Notes: generated by a model from the sequence alone, not told the origin. Positions 24,988-37,103 are shown, numbered from the stretch's first letter. The stretch: DNA of 64,000 bases from Calcarisporiella thermophila CBS 279.70 (GCF_041956535.1 NW_027192214.1:159687-223686), one strand, 5' to 3'. Numbers and translations: made by a program.

Positions 24988-25020
24988 ACTTTAATTTAAT
25001 ATCGCCACATTCGCGATTGG
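24988..25020 (-). promoter_or_regulatory. Conserved 33-bp promoter element, copy 3
   Basis: 32/33 identical to the other two copies and 75 bp upstream of the paralog 3 ATG. Confidence 0.75.
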
Positions 25021-25340
25021 AGAACTTTGAGGCTGATGAGGTCCCCGAAAGAACGGTGAAAAAAAAAAAGATGTATTGACACGGAGGAGAAATTAATCTA
25101 TGGGGATAATCTAACATTAAGCTACTACATCGAGAATATAGAATGAGAAAGAGTAAACGAAGCAAGCAAGACAGAGCATTATAGAAAGAGCATAATCGAA
25201 AGGAGAACATTAAAGTCGCGAAGTCCAATTAGGGAGGAAAAATAAAACAAAATGTACAAAAAAGACAAGCAAACAATAGTAACGAGGCGAAAAGAAGACA
25301 AGCTCCACTCGGAGGCAGGCAGGGTTAGGGTTCGCATCCC

Positions 25341-27553
25341 CTACTCTTCCGATTCGAAGATGACTCGGTAGTTCTCGAGCACCACCTCGACCACTTTGCA
25401 TTGGAACTGCATTTCCGTTAGTCGGTCGTCCCCCCGAAGCCCGAGTAGGGTGGGTCCCCAGACGATGGCGAGGTTGGAGATGGTCATCTTGTTTTCATCC
25501 GAGTGCTGCTGGACGCGATCCAGATGGCGCATGAGGTAGGAGAGGGTCGCATAGTTTGGATCCGGGAGCCGATTCACCGTTTCGTGGAGGGCGATAAGGC
25601 GGAGATGGCCGTCCTCGATTTCTACAAAAAGGGGGGGGGGGAGGTGAGCCCGTCCCAAGACACGGATTAGCCACATTGGAATTCAAAATGGGAATACAAG
25701 CTCAAGCGCCCGAAAAGGGCGCCTTCCATGGCTTACTTGAGGACTGGATGAACTCGGGATAGAGTTTGTGGGTCAGAAGGGGATCCGGCAGCTCTCGGAA
25801 GAAGAGCTTCAACAGACTCGCAATGTTATTGACATCGTCGGCATAATCCTGGGAGGTCAGGTCGACCTTCTCGGCATCCCGGTCAAACGCAGCCTTCATC
25901 TTGTTCACCTGGGTGCTGGTGCCGGAGAGGCGATAGATGCCCTGGCTCTTGAGTCCCCCCTTCTCCTCGATCGCCTTGGTGCACTTGACTAGCACATGGG
26001 GGATCTCCAACTCGTCGCGCTCCAGCTGGCTGGCTAGGTCGACGCCGAAGGTGGGACGAGGGTTAATGATGGACATGGCCTGGTGCGACATGGTGTATTC
26101 TGTGTAGGGGATCTCGGAATGGCCAAACTTGCCGCTGTGGGCCGAGGGGGAGCGCGAGGATTGACGCACAATGCCCTTGAGATCCTTTGCCCCGTCCATC
26201 AGCTCTGCAAGGGCTCTCAGGCCTCCGTTGGCTGTGGAGGATCCGTCGAGAATTTTTCCATCGGTGGCGGTCGATTGTTCACACATGAAGGCGTAGCGGG
26301 TGAGTTGATACTGGACGGCCATCGTGCACTCGTCGGATGCTTCGATCAAAGACTTGGGGTAAGGATAAAGAGAAGAAAAGAAGAAGAAGAAAGAAGAGGG
26401 TGTCAGCTTTCCTATGAAGGCTAAGGGGGACGGGAGGGAAGGCCTACCGTAAGGATCCTGGGAAGGTGTACATTGAAGAATTCGTGTCTTGCTTGATTTG
26501 TCTGAGCCAGCTGAGTTTTGTAGTGCTCCTTAGAAAGAGCGGCCTTGGCGCGTGCATCCTCCTCCATTTTTTGCAGCTGAACAAGAAAAAGCAGTCAATA
26601 TAGAGTGAGGTTCTTATCGCACCAATTGCCAACGGCGCCTCTACTTGCCCCCGCATTGCACTTACTTGTTCTGGAGATTTGTTGCCTTTGAACAGTTTCA
26701 TTGGCTTTCCTAGCGACTTTTTGGGCGCTTCGCCATTTTTGAGCAGAATCGTCTTCTCCCAGTCCTCGCTCAGCGTGTCGTAACGCATCTTCGACTTCTC
26801 GAGCAGCTGCTCGGATTCGTGCATAGCGCGCTCCTGCCTTATGCCGATTTCCTTCAATTGCTTGCGCGAACGCTCCGTCTCCTTGAGCACCGCTTGCAGA
26901 TCGTCGGACACTTCCAGGATGGACTGCGCAAACTTCAGCCGGTTCTCCGCGAGCCGTTGGTGCACACTGAGCACCTTGAACCAGACCTCGGCGAAGGTGC
27001 TGGACGAGTCAAAGATGGGGGGTGAGAACGAATAGAGTATTCTAATTAGCCTCCGAGAGGGGGCCCCACTTTTGCTTGGAGTCTTACCCTTGTTTCGCGT
27101 ATTCCGACTTCTCCGCCACCTCCATTGCTCCCTGCGTCGCCTTCAGTAGGCCCTTGCTATACTCCTCCTCAATAATGGCGCGTTTCTTCAGAAAGGCAAT
27201 GACATCCTGCGAAGGGGAGAGATTAGGTTTCACCCTCGGATGAGCTTCCTCTGGAGTTGTGCAAAATAACCAACCTTGCATGCATGCATGTCTCTTTTGA
27301 CGCACCCTAGCAACAATGAGAATCCTTGCTGATATACACATCCAAGGAAGATGTTAATGTCATTAGGGTGGTTCCCAAGAGTGTCTGTTCCATGTCCACT
27401 TACGTCTAAATCACATAGCTGTGTGATGAGGCCCTCCGTTTCGACATCGTAGTCAGAGGGTAGATTCAGGGGCGATGGGGACTCCTGATGCTCAGAGATG
27501 GATTGCGTGGCGGAGGACTGGGGGGGAGAGGGGAGAATAGCGATGGTCGTCAT
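25341..27553 (-). CDS. RGD1: F-BAR (FCH) + RhoGAP protein, Rgd1/Rga7-like
   Basis: FCH motif FLKKRAIIEEEYSKGL and a coiled coil. RhoGAP motifs are FGVDL, GIYRLSG (arginine finger), ASLLKLFFRELPDPLL and NKMTISNLAIVWGPTLL. Confidence 0.88.
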
Positions 27554-27911
27554 TATTTAATGGTGAAACACGTTGGTTAGAGCGGCAGCGCTGTCTTTAG
27601 AGATCGAGAAAAGAGTCCAAGAGGTCGATGGCGGGAGAACAATCTAATGAGGGGAGATGGGGAGAGGGGGGGAATCCTAGGGTGGCAGATTGAGATGGAA
27701 AAGAAGGGAGGGGTTAGGAGGAAGAAGAAAAAGCTAGCGTATTGCCACTGTTTCCTATTTCTGCAGTATTAATTCTAAATCTAAATTTTAGATATTATGT
27801 TCTCATCCTTTTTCAATAAACCAGAAAATAGAATCATTGGAGCGACGAGCCTAAAACAAACTTCTTTATTAATGATGTGTTTCTATTTTTAACCTTATCC
27901 CCCACTTGTCT

Positions 27912-28660
27912 GCCAATCCCCTTCGCTGTCGCCGTCCTAAGCCTGATCTTCGCCCTGTCTGAATTTTGGGCGAGTTCCGGATGCGCTTTATAACAGACGG
28001 ATTGGCGAACTGCCTCGCAATGAAGACCCTTCCAGGGAGAGTCTGTACGCGTCCTGAGTAGAGAATTGGCATTGCATCATGCAAGCCCCTAATCAAGTTA
28101 GACTCTGCCATCCCTTCTCTGCTCCCTGCTGCTGCTCCAATAAATGCAATACGTCGAAAGCTCGCTAGTTTTATTGTCTTGCCCTTATGTTCTCTAGCCT
28201 ATACATCCTCTTATGCTTCGCGGGTCACCCATGGAAGAAGTAGGCGGTCGCAGAAAATATTCTCGTGCTTTAACAGACCGCCACTGTACAAGTGGGTCGC
28301 CCGCGATTGAGTAGGTGGGGGGACCATCTCTGTATCCTTGAGGGAACAAGCGCCTTCGCATGGAGAATGAATCTGGTATAATCTGCTGTACGCGAAACTA
28401 GAGTTGAATGCAGAAAACGCGGTCATTCTCCATACCATCCCGACACCCATTATTCATTGCAATAGAATTCATTTGCTGGCAACTAGACAGATGGACAGTG
28501 CATGGAAGTGGATGAATGAATGATGCTGAGAAAGTGTTCTTCTCCAATCGGACCGTGCTTGGTCTATTCGTGCCATTTGCGGATCTGGCAGGGACCTCTC
28601 TATTCGAGCTTATACGGATATTAGCAGCACTCTGACAAGAACTTAATTTGGATTCATCTC
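27912..28660 (+). ncRNA. Candidate structured non-coding RNA, family unassigned
   Basis: Stems: 27912-27919/27999-28006 (8 bp); 28038-28045/28099-28106; the nested set 28218-28224/28300-28306, 28227-28232/28292-28297 and 28243-28249/28276-28282; a perfect 11 bp at 28360-28370/28423-28433; and 28511-28517/28652-28658. G-U pairs favour the + strand. Confidence 0.4.
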
Positions 28661-28820
28661 CCCCGGCCTATCCCATCCTTTGATATGCGGAGTCCAACAT
28701 TGGATTTGGATCCCATAAGAAAATTCCTGGGCATTTTTTCCACGAAGTCACAAAAAATCCAAGAAAAGTGAGAGCGCCAAAATCAAATCTTTCCGAAAAA
28801 TCCATATATATGTCCAGATC

Positions 28821-29482
28821 ATGAAATCGTTTCCGCTCCTAATACTTTTCTTTCTGCTAATAACACAAATCTTTGCACAAAATCCACCATCCTCCATGTC
28901 GGATCAAGAATTGAAGACGCAGGGTTTAGAGTTGCAATCGTTACGCCAAAAGAAAGGCCACTATCAGGGTGCAACTTTTGATCAGGAAATCGACGGTTTT
29001 CAAGGGCGTAAGCACAGGCTAATGGTGGTGAGTATCCCTTGATTTCACGAGCATTTTTGTAATATATTTACACCATACCATACAATTCCATTGGAGAATG
29101 CAATCTTGTTCGCCTCTACATTATTTTTTTTTATTCTGAAAATCTTGGATCTATTGCTAATCTCTGGTACGCGCCTTTTTTTTTTTTGCTTATATAGGCT
29201 CTCGGCGAAGCCCTGGGCAAACCCGGCACTCCTGCTCAAAAGGTGATCGAGACGATGGGTAAACCCGACCAGCTCACACCTAGCCTTGATGAGCAAGCCG
29301 CTCCTACCGTGGCAGTTATGCCGGGGCCCGTAGTCCCATCGGGCACGAGCACTCAGAGCACCGAGCCCAATTTCTACTATCTAGTGTATGAATGGCGAGG
29401 AAAGCACGACTATCTGTGGTTCCAGGTGGATTCGAAAACAGAAAATGTGCTTTCATCAGGATGGTACAATGCATTTGAGTGA
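28821..29482 (+). CDS. Small secreted protein of unknown function, 2 exons
   Basis: Signal peptide MKSFPLLILFFLLITQIFA. The intron at 29028-29197 joins ...GRKHRLMV|ALGEALGKPGTPAQKVIETMGKPD...YYLVYEWRGKHDYLWFQVD...VLSSGWYNAFE*. Confidence 0.85.
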
Positions 29483-31829
29483 TGTCTTTGCCAGAGAGCT
29501 CTATGTATTTCCTATTCCCCTTTCCCTCTTCTCTCCCCCCTGTATGGTTTTAGCGTATAGATACTGATATCGCTTAACTGTATTATTAAAGTGTTTTGAA
29601 ATATCCAGCCTGACATTCTAGTGAAGAGTGGCGAATAAGCACGAGAAATCATATTCCCAGTTGTGCCCTATAGAAGACTAGGAACGAGGGGAAAAAAAAC
29701 AACGAATGTTCGAGATGGGGAATGGCTGGGGGCAGGCGAAGGAGAGTTAAGAAGGAGGGAGGGGAGCGGGCCAATGGGAAGAGGAGGAATCTTATGAGGA
29801 GGGTGATGTAAACACGGATGGCCAACAGGATAATGAAGACGCTAAAGATTATCAACCCTGTAACAAAAGAAGAATCGATATCATTTCCCCTTCGGGCCCA
29901 GAACCCCGATGGAAGAAAAAAAAATCTATTTATAACCCGGATTTGAAAGACAGAGGGCCTAAGTTAAGAAGCACCCGCCCTCAAACAAATACAAGAAGGG
30001 TGCGGATAATACTGGAGGGACGCAGGGGCTGTTGGACACCTTGGCTCCCCGTAATAATAATGTGTGGTGGGGTCGAAATTAGGCATTCCCATATGCCGAC
30101 CTAATCCTGGCGCCAAGCTGGGAACACGCATAAAGTGGAAGTTTCTCTTTCACATTTCTCAGGACGAGGGTTTTCAGACTCCTCTCCAATCCCCGGCCAG
30201 AATTGCAGGGGGGGAGCGAGTTGGGGCTGCTTCGGCCGTGGCCCGAGCCAGAACGATACCGCTTGACGCATCCGGCCATTCTCTGGCCGCAGCAATTGGG
30301 GCGACTGCAACCTGCATTTGCAGATGGACGTCCTCTGAAGGGGGGGGACGCGCGGGGGAGGATGGGAGGAGGCGTCGCGATCGAGGCTAGCCAAATCCCT
30401 CTGATAGCCAAGCATAAAAAATGATGTCACATGGTGTGAGCATCACCGACCAGTATGGGATTTGTGTCGCGCACCGCGTAACAGAGCATGAAAAAAAAAG
30501 TCAATAGAAGCGGGCCCATTGAAAAGCCGCAGCTCCCGGCCCGAGCACTGCGACCGGGCTAGTATAGAGGCTCAATAGCGGAGGGGGGCGAGGGCAGGTT
30601 CAGCCCAGATGGCGAAATGAGGGGAGGGGAAAACAGAGATGCTAACCGGCGAAAAACAAACGCCCTGATGGCCTCCGGGAACAAATGGGGGAGGCGTGTG
30701 TGACGGTTCTGTGATTTGGATCTTGCGCGCAGAGGCCCAACTCTACCGCGCTTTATTTCCCAACGGCTTGACACGATGCGGCCATGGCGGGTGTCGAAAG
30801 CGGCCTGGCCGCAGCGGCTCAGCAGGAAGCGCAAGCACACCAGCAATCGCAATAAATAAACCGCTGCAAGAGCAATCCGTCGCTCATTGGCCCTGTGGCC
30901 AATCCCTTGTATATTAAATTATGTGATATTGTAAACCGCGTCATAAATTGCCGCCTCCCCATTGCACACCGAATTGGCCCGGTGCTGGGAGTCAATCTGC
31001 GGGATTCGCCCTGTGCAGCCTATTGCTGCCCGCGGCCCATCCTCATTTCCTCGATCGTTTATTGCCCTAGCGGATTGCGCATTGCTCATCGAGCCATTGG
31101 GCGGTTTCGTCAACGGGCAGGGCCGGCGTGTATTTATTCTCGCCCTGGCGCGTCCTTTGTCCCGCCCTGAGGAAAAGAGTTGGAGCCACGAATTAGCATT
31201 TTGCCCTCTGGCGCGATCCCGCGGCTACTTGCTAAACATTAATAGATTGGGCCTTGTTTTCTGGTGCACACGGTGCCAACAGCGAGGTTAGTGTAATAAA
31301 CTTACTTTTCTTTTCTTTCTCGCGGGCACGGTCCACTTCAGCCTCAAAAGCTCGGTGTCTTTTTTTTGTTTGCCCTTCCCTTTTTTTGGCGGCCCCACTG
31401 CCTGCTTCCGGCGCGACTGCTTCCTCCCGCCTGCTCTTCTCTCTCGCGCCTCCATCCCCCTCTCGCCCGCCATTTCCCCCCCTCCTCGACGCGCATTTTC
31501 CCCATCCCGGCCGCGGATCCATTTTGCCTTTTTCGCGTCTGTTTCGCCCTAATATATTTCGCCGTTCCGTTTTTTTTTTTTTTTTTTTTGTCTTGGGCCT
31601 ATTTCTTTTTATCACCTAGTCGCATTTCCCCCCTTCTCCCCTTCTCCTTCTATATCAGCCTGTGGCAATTCGCGCCTCGGCTCTTGGCTCCCTGCTCTCC
31701 TATACTCCCTCCCTGGCAGACCCTGCGCTTCCGCTGCCGAATCGCCTCTTATTGTGATTTGTGTGCGAGAGCTCTCCCCTTCCTCCCAATCACACCCATC
31801 CCGCGCTCAAATCCCTACCCCCCTCCCCC

Positions 31830-33566
31830 ATGGAGACCCTAGCCTCTTCTCCCGTAGTGGCACGTGACGCCACTTCCTCCTTCTTCCTTCGCCCCGATTT
31901 GAGGAGCAGCTTCCTGTCGCCCGTGCTCGAGGACGCCGCGGACTACCTCGCCATGTCGCGGTCACGTGTCACGGCCCCGAGCGAGCTGCCTCCATCTTCA
32001 CCGCTGCCCGAGCGGGGAGACTCGGGAGGCCGGAGCCCCGTCTCGTGTCTTGCGGAGGAGCTGGACACAAGCTTGCTGCTTAACCAGAGGTAGAGTAGAG
32101 TAGAGCCTCCTCCGGGCAGAAGGAAAGCTGTGCTGGGAACCCGATTACTAACTCTGCCCTACATGGGGAATAGCCTTAATTCCACAACCATGTCGCCCCG
32201 CCGATGCCTCCTCGACTCGCTCCAAGAATGTGACGCTGCAGCCCGCGACGAATGCATCACCATGGACACCTCCATCTCCTCGATGGGCTCGCCCCTCTCT
32301 GCCGCGCTGGCCGGGAGGAAACGCATCCGGGAGGAGGACGACTCCGCCCCCCTCAAGCGACGAGAGCCGCTGTGCTCTCGAGAACCGCGCGGGCGCTGGT
32401 TCTTATCCGCTCAAGAGTCCATCCTCGGCTCTCCGTGGGGCTCCAGCAAGGCGGAGGTCACCCCCTCGCCCGTCCGGACGCGGTCGAGCATGGCCGAAGC
32501 AACCTCGCCCTCCCCCTGCCCCCCCCGCTCCACCCCCCGGCTGGAGGCGGGGAACAACCCCCGGACCCGATTCAAGCGGGCCAACAGCATGTTCCAGACC
32601 GAGCGCGAGTTCATCGGCACCGCCGACGGCGTGAGTAGCAGCGGGGATCCGAGGCTGTTTCGCGAGTGTCAGATCCTGCCCTGCATCGAGGTGGGGCAGG
32701 ACGCGATCAAACGAATCACCCCAGATACGGTGAGTAGCTGCTTCTTCCCCCTCCCACGCCTTGACCGCAAGCCGCCCCTGCTCTGGCTCTGGAGCGGCGG
32801 CCCAAGGCTGAGCGTTGGGCCCCTCTGCGTGGCCCCGATCCTAACTCCCCTCTTTCTGTAGCTGATCCACCTGCTCGACAACAAGTACCGGGGCCACTAC
32901 GACCAGCACTACATCGTCGACTGCCGCTTCCCCTACGAATACGCGGGGGGCCACATCAGCGGCGCGCTGAACCTCAACACCCCGACCGCGCTCGACCAGG
33001 CCTTCCTGACCACGATCAAACCCCGCTCTCTCATCGTGTTCCACTGCGAGTTCTCCATCCACCGCGCCCCGCGGATGGCCCTCTACTTGCGCAACCGCGA
33101 CCGCCAAATGAACATCGCGCGCTACCCAAGGCTGCACTACCCCGAGGTGTACGTGCTGGAGGGCGGCTACGCGGGCTTCTTTGAGCACTACCGCGGGCGG
33201 TGCGACCCTCCCCGTTACGTGGAGATGAGCGAAAAGGGGTTTGAGGCGGATTGCCAGAAGGGCATGGAGCGGTTCCGCAAGATGTTCGTGAGATCGCGGT
33301 CTGTGTCGGATGTGACCGGGTGGGAGCGAGGGGAGCAGGAGGAGCGCGCGGCCCGGAGGCTGGAGAAGTGGCGGCGGCCCGAGCAAGGGCTGGTGGACCG
33401 GCCTAAACCGCCGGCGGCGGCTGGCTTGGGGCTGGAGCTGGCGAGGTTGGGCGCGAAGGACTGCTCGGGCGCGAGCAGCGTGCTGGGCCCGCCTGTGAAC
33501 CTGGACGGGGAGGAGGTGGGGCGCCACGGTTTACGGAAAAGCCATAGTGAAGCGGGGTGGGCCTAG
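31830..33566 (+). CDS. cdc25: Cdc25/Mih1 M-phase inducer phosphatase, 3 exons
   Basis: Rhodanese domain IVDCRFPYEYAGGHISGA, catalytic VFHCEFSIHRAPR and LHYPEVYVLEGGY. The N-terminus is rich in SP/TP sites. Confidence 0.95.
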
Positions 33567-34070
33567 GTTGGCCCGTGGGTGACTCACATACACATACTCT
33601 ACATCCATCCATTTTTTTTATACTTGAATCTGTTCTGCTATATTATACCCCCCCCCTTACCCATACACTGAATATAGGAAAGGTCATGCCCAACATGAGT
33701 ATCGCGATGCCACTTTTGTTTTTTAAGTATGAACACCCCCATCCTCTCATATCCTGTCTCTTTATATTCTTTTTTTTTTTTCTTGCCTGGGAGCTTGTAT
33801 TACTATCTATCTCATCTCTTCTCCTATATAAATCCCATTCTAAATCCCATTTAGTGAGAAACAGGGCCATGTATAAACAAATAAAAGAAAAGGCTTTGAG
33901 AAATACAACCAAAAAATGGAGCGAATAAGGATAGCAAGGAAGGGGATATCCGCACGAATCAAGGGTGACATGACGGTAGTGAAGCATTAAGGAAAAAAAG
34001 ATAAGCGTGCTAGTATAATCGGCCAAAGATATAGCTAAAAATACAGGAGTCTCTAACGGGGCTTTGGCTT

Positions 34071-34853
34071 CTAGAGTTCCATGCCCCTCGTCTCGTCCTC
34101 TAGGTCGTCCTCCGAATCGGTTAGGCTCCCCGTCGAGCTCATCTCATCGTCCTCATCGTCGTCGTCGTCATCCTCTTCGTCCCCATCGACCGCCTCCTGG
34201 GTCGCATACCTTACAATGTAGTCTAGCAAGCCATCGCCATAGAATAAGATGGTGACGGAAGTGGGGTATGAAGATTATTCCTTTTTTTTTTCTTTGGCAA
34301 GAAGTGGCAAGGGTGAGGAAGAGCATACCTTTCACCTTGGCTTCGTACCGCGCCGGGTCTCGCAACAGCAGTGCAGCTGCCTCGCCATTTAACGGGTCAA
34401 CCGGGTTTGGGTATCGTAGCAGTTGCGGGAGGAACACTTCAAAAATATTGATCATATCGAAGAGGGGCGACCACCGTTGGTTGATGACATCGAGGCACAC
34501 CGCCCCGCCCATCTCATCAATGTTGGGGTGGAAGATTTTATTCGCGAATCCGATGCTGGGCGAGCGGTAGGGATAGGCATCGGGAAGAGCAACGCGAACT
34601 TTCCAGACGCCGCCTTCGTAGGGGGCTAATGGGATTGAATGCAGCCTGTTAGCAATGCAGGAGGGGGGGAGGGAGGGGAACTATGGGGAAGCAAAATGCA
34701 AAGCCCATGCCCGCTTCATGGATCCTTACTATCTTTGGGACCGTGGAACCGTACATAGAACTCTTGCATGCTGTCATTGACCAATGTCACTTCATAGTCT
34801 GACATCAGCAACTTCATCACGTCCGTCTCGATTCTGCGCCGTGGAGACGACAT
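34071..34853 (-). CDS. UBC8: Ubiquitin-conjugating enzyme E2 H, 3 exons
   Basis: [49 protein letters not shown] and [11 protein letters not shown], with an acidic tail ending GMEL*. Confidence 0.95.
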
Positions 34854-35058
34854 TATTAAGCATAGGCAGCTGGGGGGATCTTGGAGGGAGAAAGTGGGAG
34901 ATGCTGTGCAAATTATATTGGGGGGCAAAAAGTGGGAAAGAAGGCGTGGTATTACAAACAGAACAAGGCACACAGGGGATAGGGGGAAAAACAGAACAAA
35001 GGCAGTGATCGGTGGCAAAATTTAGCGTGTGATACGCAGCGTGACCTCACCCGCGTAA

Positions 35059-37103
35059 TCAAATCAATCTGGTTTTCAAATGCTGGGCCACCTCTTCTAT
35101 TCGCACCTCCTCGGCTCGCCATCCGCCCCGCACGCGCTCCCGCAGCTCCACAACTCCGCGCTTGAGCCCGCGCCCCACCACTATCGCCCAGGGATATCCT
35201 GCGAGCTCGGCGTCCGCCACTCTGAAGCCGAAGCCGCCTCTTCTATCGTCGATAACGACCTCCTGGCTGAGGAACGGCACCTTCTCCACCGCCCTACACA
35301 CCGCCTCGCAGCCCTCGCGCACCCCCTCACTCTCATCCGCTGGCAACACCACCACCCGATACGGGCTCACCGAGGGCGGAAACAGGATCCCGCGCTCGTC
35401 CCGTGAGCAGTGCACCACCGCCGCCAACAGCCTGGACACCCCAATGCCATAGCACCCCATTTGGAAGGGGAGCCGCTCGCCCCCACTCTGCGGGACAAAT
35501 CCCGCATTGAGCGTTTGCGAGTATTTGGTGCCGAGCAGGAACGTATGGCCGACCTCGATGGCGCGGCCGAAATCGAGCGACGGGTGCTCGCAAGAGGGGC
35601 ACGCATCCCCCGCTAGTGTATTGTGGACGTCTCCACATCTAACTTGCAAATGCCGAGCCGCAAGCCTTCCAATCGCCCCATCACGGATCAGGGTCTCGTC
35701 GACTCGGATGCTCTCGTCCACCACCACCTCCAGCCCCTTGAGCTCCTTGGACGCCAGCCACTCTTTGGTCCCGCCCACCTCCTCGGATCGAAACGCGATG
35801 TCCCCTTCCCCACCCAGCAGCTTCCGCAGCTTGATTGTATTCACGTCTCGTCCGCTCGCAAGCACAATGGCCAAGAGGCGCTCCTCCCCCGGCATTTTGT
35901 GCACAGCCCACCGTACTCTCCACTCCTCGTGACGAGGGATTTCGTCCTGTTCAGCGGCGGAGAGCACACGAGAAAGGCTATGGCCTTGTGAGGGCTTGGG
36001 AAGCTTACCTACGGCCATCTCTTCATTGGCAGTGTAGCCGCACTGCTGACAGCTGAGCACGGAGTCTTCTCCGGCGGGGGAGAGGTAGTGATACTCATGG
36101 GAGCTGGTTCCCCCAATATTGCCAGTGTCCGCTTCGGCCTAAACAGAAGCCGACCCATAAAATTCAGAGCCCCATTCCGGGGAGAAGAGAGGAAAAAAAA
36201 GGCCGGTGCTTACCACCACAAAGGGAATGCCGATGCGTTTAAATATATTTCTATAGGCTCGACCAACTTCGTCATAGGTCTGTATCGCCTCCTCGATCGT
36301 CGCATCAAACGTGTACAAATCCTTCATCAGAAACTCTCTTCCTCTCAGCAAGCCGCCGCGCGGTCTCATCTCGTCTCGGTACTTACGGTCGATTTGGTAT
36401 AAACGAACAGGTAGCTGGCGGTAGGAGTTGATTTCGTTAGCAACGAGGGATGTGATTTCCTCCTCATGGGTCGGAGCAAGGGCAAATGCGGAGCTTTTTC
36501 GATCTTTAAGTCGGAAGAGCTAGCCAAACCATACATGTAAGTATTGTTTTGGAGAGGAGGGGTAAGGCCTTTGTAATACTTCGTGGCCGAATGAGTCCCA
36601 CCGCCCGGTCGTTTTCCAGAGCTCGGCGGGCAACAAGAGAGGCAGTGAGACCTTTTGACAGCCTAAAAATGGAGTGGGCGTACACGTTGAACTGCGTTGT
36701 GCGGCATAGCTTGGAGCAGGATATATCAGAGTCATTTACCTATGGCCTCCAGCTCCTCGTCGATAATGCGAGTTAATTTGTCCATAAACCGGACACCGAG
36801 TGGAAGTAATGAATACATTCCCGAAGATGACTACAGATATACTCGGCTCGTAAGCTTGCATTCAGCAGAACAGGTTAAGAATACTTGTGTATATACCTGC
36901 CGTATTAGTCCTGCTCTTAGCATGAGACGATGCGCGTCCTCTTCTTGTCCCAAGTCGGCCTCCTTTTTCATAGTTGGGTGGAACATCGCCGAGAGGCGAT
37001 GGTAACGCACCGCCATACTGGTAGAAAACGATCTCCGGGTTAACGGAGATATCGAGATAACATATCTCCAAGTCGTTGGAACCAACATGTCGCGCAAGTG
37101 CAT
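35059..37103 (-). CDS. AIM10: Mitochondrial (bacterial-type) prolyl-tRNA synthetase
   Basis: Presequence, then HRLMLRAGLIRQ, LAPTHEEEIT, RDEMRPRGGLLRGREFLMKDLY, IEVGHTFLLGTKYS and MGCYGIGVSRL, followed by the anticodon-binding domain. Confidence 0.93.

Noticed and set aside
19991-25020. Three 33-bp direct repeats as a CRISPR-like array or LTRs
   Set aside because: They are kilobases apart and sit at the same position relative to paralogous ATGs, so gene duplication explains them.
25321-25332. AGGGTTAGGGTT telomere-like tract (a similar degenerate tract lies at 43141-43161)
   Set aside because: Two repeat units at most, so not an interstitial telomere. A Tbf1/Teb1-type site cannot be supported.
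30064-31842. Many overlapping 60-160 aa ORFs upstream of cdc25
   Set aside because: Low-complexity translations of GC-rich and pyrimidine-rich non-coding sequence, with no domain signal.
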